From Candidatus Omnitrophota bacterium (lineage in GTDB: Bacteria > Omnitrophota > Gorgyraeia > 2-01-FULL-45-10), in NCBI GenBank assembly GCA_026387175.1, contig JAPLME010000007.1, positions 64,487-128,486 on the forward strand: a stretch of DNA of 64,000 bases, given 5' to 3'. The translations under genes were made by a program, and so were the position numbers. The stretch's first letter is position 1. Each line of letters begins with the position of its first letter. Below, piece by piece: positions 60,038-64,000 of the stretch. The notes beneath the pieces were generated by a model, which was not told the DNA's origin, did no database searches, and saw only the letters and a list, made by a program, of their open reading frames with translations.

Positions 60038-60754
60038 TCACTTTTGCATATTATCGATGAGGATGATAGCTTCCGCTATCTCCCGCATAGATTTTCTAAT
60101 GTCCATGCTCTGCCGCTGTATTTTACGGAATGCTTCCTCCTCGGATAATCCCTGCTGCCGCATCAAGATGCCCTTTGCCCTCTCTATAGCTTTGCGTGAT
60201 TCAAGTTCTTCCTGTATGACCCTCGTCTTTACCATGAGCTCCGAGTTCTCTATTACGATCGATGCCTGGCTCGCGACGGTGGTCAGTATGTTGATTTCAT
60301 CTTTTGTGAATTTATGCGGGTAGGATGTGTAACTGTTAAGCACGCCTATAACTTTGCCTTTTACGGCAAGCGGCACAGAGAGAAGCGATTTCAGGCTCTC
60401 TTTTTCAGCTATAGCCTTCGATCTGTACTCCGGCTCCCTTGACAGATCGTAGACCGATATTGGCTTATTCTCGAGAGCGACTTTGCCTGCGATACCCTCG
60501 CCTATTTTAAGATGCGGTTTTTTATTGTAGATTTCGCTCATTGACTGGGTGGCCTTCAGTACCAGGTTGCCGGTCTTTTCGTCTATTAACATAAGTGAAC
60601 ATATCTTTGAGTCCATTATCTCCGCCGTCACCGTGACTATCAGTTTCAATATATCTTCTAGGTACAGGTTGGAGGTTATGGTCTTACTGACCTTAGAGAT
60701 TGCCTCTAATTGTTTCGCGTGAGATATAGTCCTTTTATTGGATTTTTTTATCAT
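60038..60754 (-). CDS. GAF-ANTAR RNA-binding antiterminator protein
   Basis: GAF (GEGIAGKVA, SLLSVPL, IGVLN) plus ANTAR (LESRKAIERAKGILM...SEEEAF...SMD...MREIAEAI). Start moved to ATG 60754. Confidence 0.93.
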   Translation of the reverse strand: MIKKSNKRTISHAKQLEAISKVSKTITSNLYLEDILKLIVTVTAEIMDSKICSLMLIDEKTGNLVLKATQSMSEIYNKKPHLKIGEGIAGKVALENKPISVYDLSREPEYRSKAIAEKESLKSLLSVPLAVKGKVIGVLNSYTSYPHKFTKDEINILTTVASQASIVIENSELMVKTRVIQEELESRKAIERAKGILMRQQGLSEEEAFRKIQRQSMDIRKSMREIAEAIILIDNMQK

Positions 60755-61713
60755 GCTATTCCGTTTTTTCTTTCTTGTTTGATGTTTGTTCCCATGAACC
60801 TGGGATCGGCATTTGCAGGGGCCTCCTGCAGCCATCCATTATTTAACTCTAAAAGATGTGCCTCGTCAACTACATTCTTATACTCCTCAGGTGTTATTCC
60901 TCGCGATATATCGCTAAAGCCGCAGGCTTTGAAGGTCGGATAGTATTGGCTCATTATGCTCAAGTAAACGTTACGGCCCAGCTCTTTCTTTGCGAATCTC
61001 AATGTATCTTCAATCCCGGATACATCATTTGGCAGCGCCAGGAGGCGTATGATGAGCCCTCTTCTTGCTATGCCGTTTTTATCAATCTCAAGATCTCCAA
61101 CCTGACGGCGCATCTCTTTCACGGCCGTTCTGTTAAACTCTACATACCTATCGGCATCCGAATATTTCTTTGCCATTTCGTTGTCGGAATATCTCATATC
61201 CGGCAGATATATGTCGATTATTCCATCCAGAAGCTTTATAGTTTCCGCGAGTTCGTAACCGCTTGTATTATAGACGATCGGTATCTCCAAGCCTCTTTCC
61301 AGCGCTATCTCCAGAGACATGAGTATCTGCGGGATGTAATGAGTCGGTGTCACCAAATTAATATTATGGCAACCCTTGGCTTGTAGAGCCAGCATTATAT
61401 CGGCCAGCTTTTCCATAGTGACCTCCTCCCCTTTATCCAGCTGGCTGAAGTAATAATTCTGGCAATAGACGCACTTCATATTACAGTGGGAAAAGAATAT
61501 GGTGCCGGACCCTTTGGTCCCTGAGATCGGCGGCTCTTCGCCGTGGTGGGATAAATGGCTATATACGATCGGGTTATACAGCGCCCTGCAGTATCCCGAT
61601 TTACCGGCGGTCCTGTCGACTCCGCACTTGCGCGGGCAGACAGCGCAGTTTTTAAGAGAATCTTTTAATGCTATATTGGCTTTTTTTACTAAGGTTATTT
61701 TTTGCGGGCTCAT
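60751..61713 (-). CDS. Radical SAM protein (PflX-like)
   Basis: CAVCPRKCGVDR, HHGEEPPISG, CNMKCVYCQN and NINLVTPTH motifs. Confidence 0.88.
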   Translation of the reverse strand: MSPQKITLVKKANIALKDSLKNCAVCPRKCGVDRTAGKSGYCRALYNPIVYSHLSHHGEEPPISGTKGSGTIFFSHCNMKCVYCQNYYFSQLDKGEEVTMEKLADIMLALQAKGCHNINLVTPTHYIPQILMSLEIALERGLEIPIVYNTSGYELAETIKLLDGIIDIYLPDMRYSDNEMAKKYSDADRYVEFNRTAVKEMRRQVGDLEIDKNGIARRGLIIRLLALPNDVSGIEDTLRFAKKELGRNVYLSIMSQYYPTFKACGFSDISRGITPEEYKNVVDEAHLLELNNGWLQEAPANADPRFMGTNIKQERKNGIA

Positions 61714-61716
61714 CTG

Positions 61717-62235
61717 CTATCGTATAGCTTCGGCAGGGTCCACAGGGTCGCCATCCGCCCTTATCTCGAAGTGCAGGTGCGGCTGTATGTTTTTATTAGC
61801 GGCGTTGCCTGTTTTGCCTACAAAGCCTATCAATTCTCCCTTATGCACCTTCTTGCCGGTATTGACGGCCCAGTTCGAGAGGTGGCCGTACATTGTTTGA
61901 GTTCCGTCCGGGTGATAGAGGAGCACATACTTGCCGTATCCGGTAGGAATGTTCCCGCGGAAGACTATTCCGCTCTTCGATGCATATACAGGAGTGCCCA
62001 CCTCCGCGGATATATCTACGCCCGAATGGGACCGCCCGCCGTTTCGCTTGGCGCCGAAATCGCCGCTTCCGAATACGTCATGTCTTATCGCCAGATGACC
62101 GGACGGGCTCTTTATAGGGCTCCCGAAAGATGGTTCGGTGATTTTGAAGATCAGCACAGAGGCCGGCTCATATAGAAAAATCGTGGCAACGGCCGTTATG
62201 ATAACGGTAATAAGGATCGAAAAAAATAATTTCAT
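61717..62235 (-). CDS. M23 family metallopeptidase
   Basis: N-terminal hydrophobic anchor; HSGVD, YGHL and PHLHFE motifs. Confidence 0.92.
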   Translation of the reverse strand: MKLFFSILITVIITAVATIFLYEPASVLIFKITEPSFGSPIKSPSGHLAIRHDVFGSGDFGAKRNGGRSHSGVDISAEVGTPVYASKSGIVFRGNIPTGYGKYVLLYHPDGTQTMYGHLSNWAVNTGKKVHKGELIGFVGKTGNAANKNIQPHLHFEIRADGDPVDPAEAIR

Positions 62236-62267
62236 ACCGGGCCTATTCTTTGATGAATACTTTTATG

Positions 62268-62313
62268 TGAGAAAAAGCCATATCGATTATTTCGACGATA
62301 TGGCTTTTTCTCA
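62268..62313. terminator. Intrinsic terminator-like hairpin
   Basis: 18-bp perfect inverted repeat TGAGAAAAAGCCATATCG/CGATATGGCTTTTTCTCA. Confidence 0.8.
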
Positions 62314-62344
62314 TTGTTCATTTATACCGGTGAGGCTTATATTC

Positions 62345-62710
62345 TTATTTAGTAGCTTCAGCTTTATTGGCTTCAGTAGGGATCTTGGCGGTCTCTTCCA
62401 CTGCTTTTGCCACAGTATCAGCGGTGCCTTTTACCGGTTCGGTAACGAGGGCTCCACCCTTTTCTGTGTCGCCCGAAGTGACCTGTCCCACGGTCTTTAC
62501 TTCGTCAGTTACCACGGCCGTTCCCCTCTTAGCGGTCTCCGCGACAACGTTCACGGATTCCTTTGTCACGTTTGCCGGATAATTGAAGAGTTTCTGCCAG
62601 AAGTTCTTGGCTTGATTTCCCTTATTCTCATCCGCAGCGTTAGAAACAGCTGTCAGCGCAATACAAATCACGAATGCCATGCAAAGACATACAACGACTT
62701 TTTTATTCAT
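62345..62710 (-). CDS. Secreted hypothetical protein (Ala/Thr/Val/Lys/Glu-rich)
   Basis: Signal peptide MNKKVVVCL...SNA-A; AAGGAGG RBS; own promoter and terminator. Start moved to ATG 62710. Confidence 0.8.
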   Translation of the reverse strand: MNKKVVVCLCMAFVICIALTAVSNAADENKGNQAKNFWQKLFNYPANVTKESVNVVAETAKRGTAVVTDEVKTVGQVTSGDTEKGGALVTEPVKGTADTVAKAVEETAKIPTEANKAEATK

Positions 62711-62733
62711 TTTTCCTCCTTTCATATCGCACT

Positions 62734-62762
62734 AATATACTACAGTATAAATTAATTATCAA
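62734..62762 (-). promoter_or_regulatory. Sigma70-type promoter
   Basis: TTGATA, 17 bp, TATATT. Confidence 0.55.
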
Positions 62763-62776
62763 GAGAATAATACTTA

Positions 62777-63223
62777 TTATTGCAGAGATTCCATTACCAG
62801 CTGGCTGATCAGCTTGCCGTCACAGGCGCCCTTCGTCTTTTCCATAACGAGCTTCATTACTTTGCCCATCTCAGATTTGGTCTTCGCCCCGCTCTCCGCG
62901 ATCGCCGCTTTGATTATAGACTTCAGCTCCTCTTCGCTCATCTGTTCGGGCATATAGGTTTCCAGTATCTTGAGCTCAGAGAGCTCTTTATCCGCAAGAT
63001 CTTGTCTATTGCCGTTCTTAAATTGCTCTATAGATTCTTTATGTTGTTTAATATGCCGCTGAAGGACCTGCAGCATATCGGACTCTGTGACGGACTTACT
63101 GTTCTTGTTAATCTGTATCTGCCGCGCCGCGGCGACCAGCATCCTTAATACGGAGAGCTTGAGGGCATTACTCTCCTTTAAGGCCGCTTTCATATCAGAT
63201 TCTATCTTTTCGTATAGGCTCAT
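62777..63223 (-). CDS. GatB/YqeY domain protein
   Basis: DMKAALK, ESIEQF..GNRQDL and MGKVMK...GACDG pattern. Confidence 0.92.
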   Translation of the reverse strand: MSLYEKIESDMKAALKESNALKLSVLRMLVAAARQIQINKNSKSVTESDMLQVLQRHIKQHKESIEQFKNGNRQDLADKELSELKILETYMPEQMSEEELKSIIKAAIAESGAKTKSEMGKVMKLVMEKTKGACDGKLISQLVMESLQ

Positions 63224-63714
63224 AGTTCAACTCCGTTTTTTCGCGATAGTTTCTTCCTGGCCAGCAGCTTCTTCACCGGGCTCAAATAATCGATTATGAG
63301 CTTGCCTAATAGGTGGTCTAGTTCATGCTGCACCGCTCTTGCCAATAATCCCTCAGCCTTTAGCTCTATAAAGTCGCCGTTCTCATTCAGGAAGTTAACA
63401 ACCACTTTTTTAGCGCGCTTTATCTTTACGGTAAGGCCGGGGCAACTAAGGCATCCTTCTTCTTGCGCCTCGATGCCGTCCTTTTTTACGATTACAGGAT
63501 TGACCAGCTTTATTAAACCTTCTCCGATATCTATTACCGCAAGCTGCTTATCTATGCCCACCTGCACCGCGGCGAGCCCCACCCCCTGGCTCAGGTACAT
63601 TACATCTGCCATTTCGGATAGTATCGATCTCTCGTCTTCCGTCACCTTTCCTACTTTGGCGGCCTTTTTCCTGAGTATGCTTTCTGGAAATTTCCGTATC
63701 TTCAGGTCTTGCAT
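63220..63714 (-). CDS. def: Peptide deformylase
   Basis: GVGLAAVQVG, EGCLS and QHELDHL motifs. Confidence 0.96.
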   Translation of the reverse strand: MQDLKIRKFPESILRKKAAKVGKVTEDERSILSEMADVMYLSQGVGLAAVQVGIDKQLAVIDIGEGLIKLVNPVIVKKDGIEAQEEGCLSCPGLTVKIKRAKKVVVNFLNENGDFIELKAEGLLARAVQHELDHLLGKLIIDYLSPVKKLLARKKLSRKNGVEL

Positions 63715-64000
63715 GGCTGTTTGACGATCTTATTATTGGAGTCTACATAGACGGGTTTTAGCTTCAGGTGGCAGGCCTTCTTATCCTCTACGAATCCATA
63801 AGAGAGTATGATTACCAGGTCTCCGGCATTTCCGAGATGCGCCGCCGCTCCATATAATCCGATGGTTCCCGATCCGGCCTTCTCCTCGATAGCGTAAGTT
63901 TCAAATCTGGCGGCATTATTGATATTGACCACTTGCACTATCTCTCCGGGATAGATATCCGCGGCCTTGAGGATCAGAGAGTCTATGCCTATGCTGCCTT
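63702..64000 (-). CDS. panD: Aspartate 1-decarboxylase (5' end outside the window)
   Basis: The frame extends to the window edge: GSIGID...VQVVNINNAARFETY...GAAAH...GDLVII. Confidence 0.9.
   Translation of the reverse strand, partial: GSIGIDSLILKAADIYPGEIVQVVNINNAARFETYAIEEKAGSGTIGLYGAAAHLGNAGDLVIILSYGFVEDKKACHLKLKPVYVDSNNKIVKQPCKT

Overview
Bacterial chromosomal window with nearly all genes on the minus strand. Gene content suggests an anaerobe and is reminiscent of PVC-superphylum/Omnitrophota-like genomes; that taxonomy is inference only. Left to right: (1) 1-17.2 kb, an accessory-looking block with two signalling modules (a 4x-PAS histidine kinase built from 426-bp tandem repeats with three lone receivers and a patatin lipoprotein; a sensor-less kinase with a FixJ-like regulator and a lone receiver). 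These flank an unusual sugar/lipid operon: GH1, a GtrA-glycosidase fusion, a truncated ligase-ACP-acyltransferase, a GT4-hydrolase fusion and a full ligase-ACP-acyltransferase. Both modules share a TTATAC-N4-GTA(T/C)AA box abutting a -35. (2) 17.2-31 kb: NfnAB, pfk, a kinase/EAL pair, a HelY-like helicase, two long rod-like non-coding hairpins and radical SAM genes. (3) 31-47.7 kb: a group 4 membrane [NiFe]-hydrogenase operon running directly into a complete H+-type F1Fo operon. (4) 47.8-60.8 kb: a nitrogen cluster (gltBD, GSIII, Fis-like HTH, GATase, sigma factor, nadE, GAF-ANTAR protein) in which four intergenic leaders carry ANTAR-type hexaloop hairpins overlapping intrinsic terminators, i.e. 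a predicted local RNA antitermination regulon. A 52-bp tandem double-hairpin element with a compensatory base change sits directly upstream of the RBS of both atpE and glnA. (5) Housekeeping genes run to the right edge (def, panD). No rRNA, tRNA, CRISPR array, transposase or integrase was recognised. All calls come from reading motifs by eye; no database searches were run.
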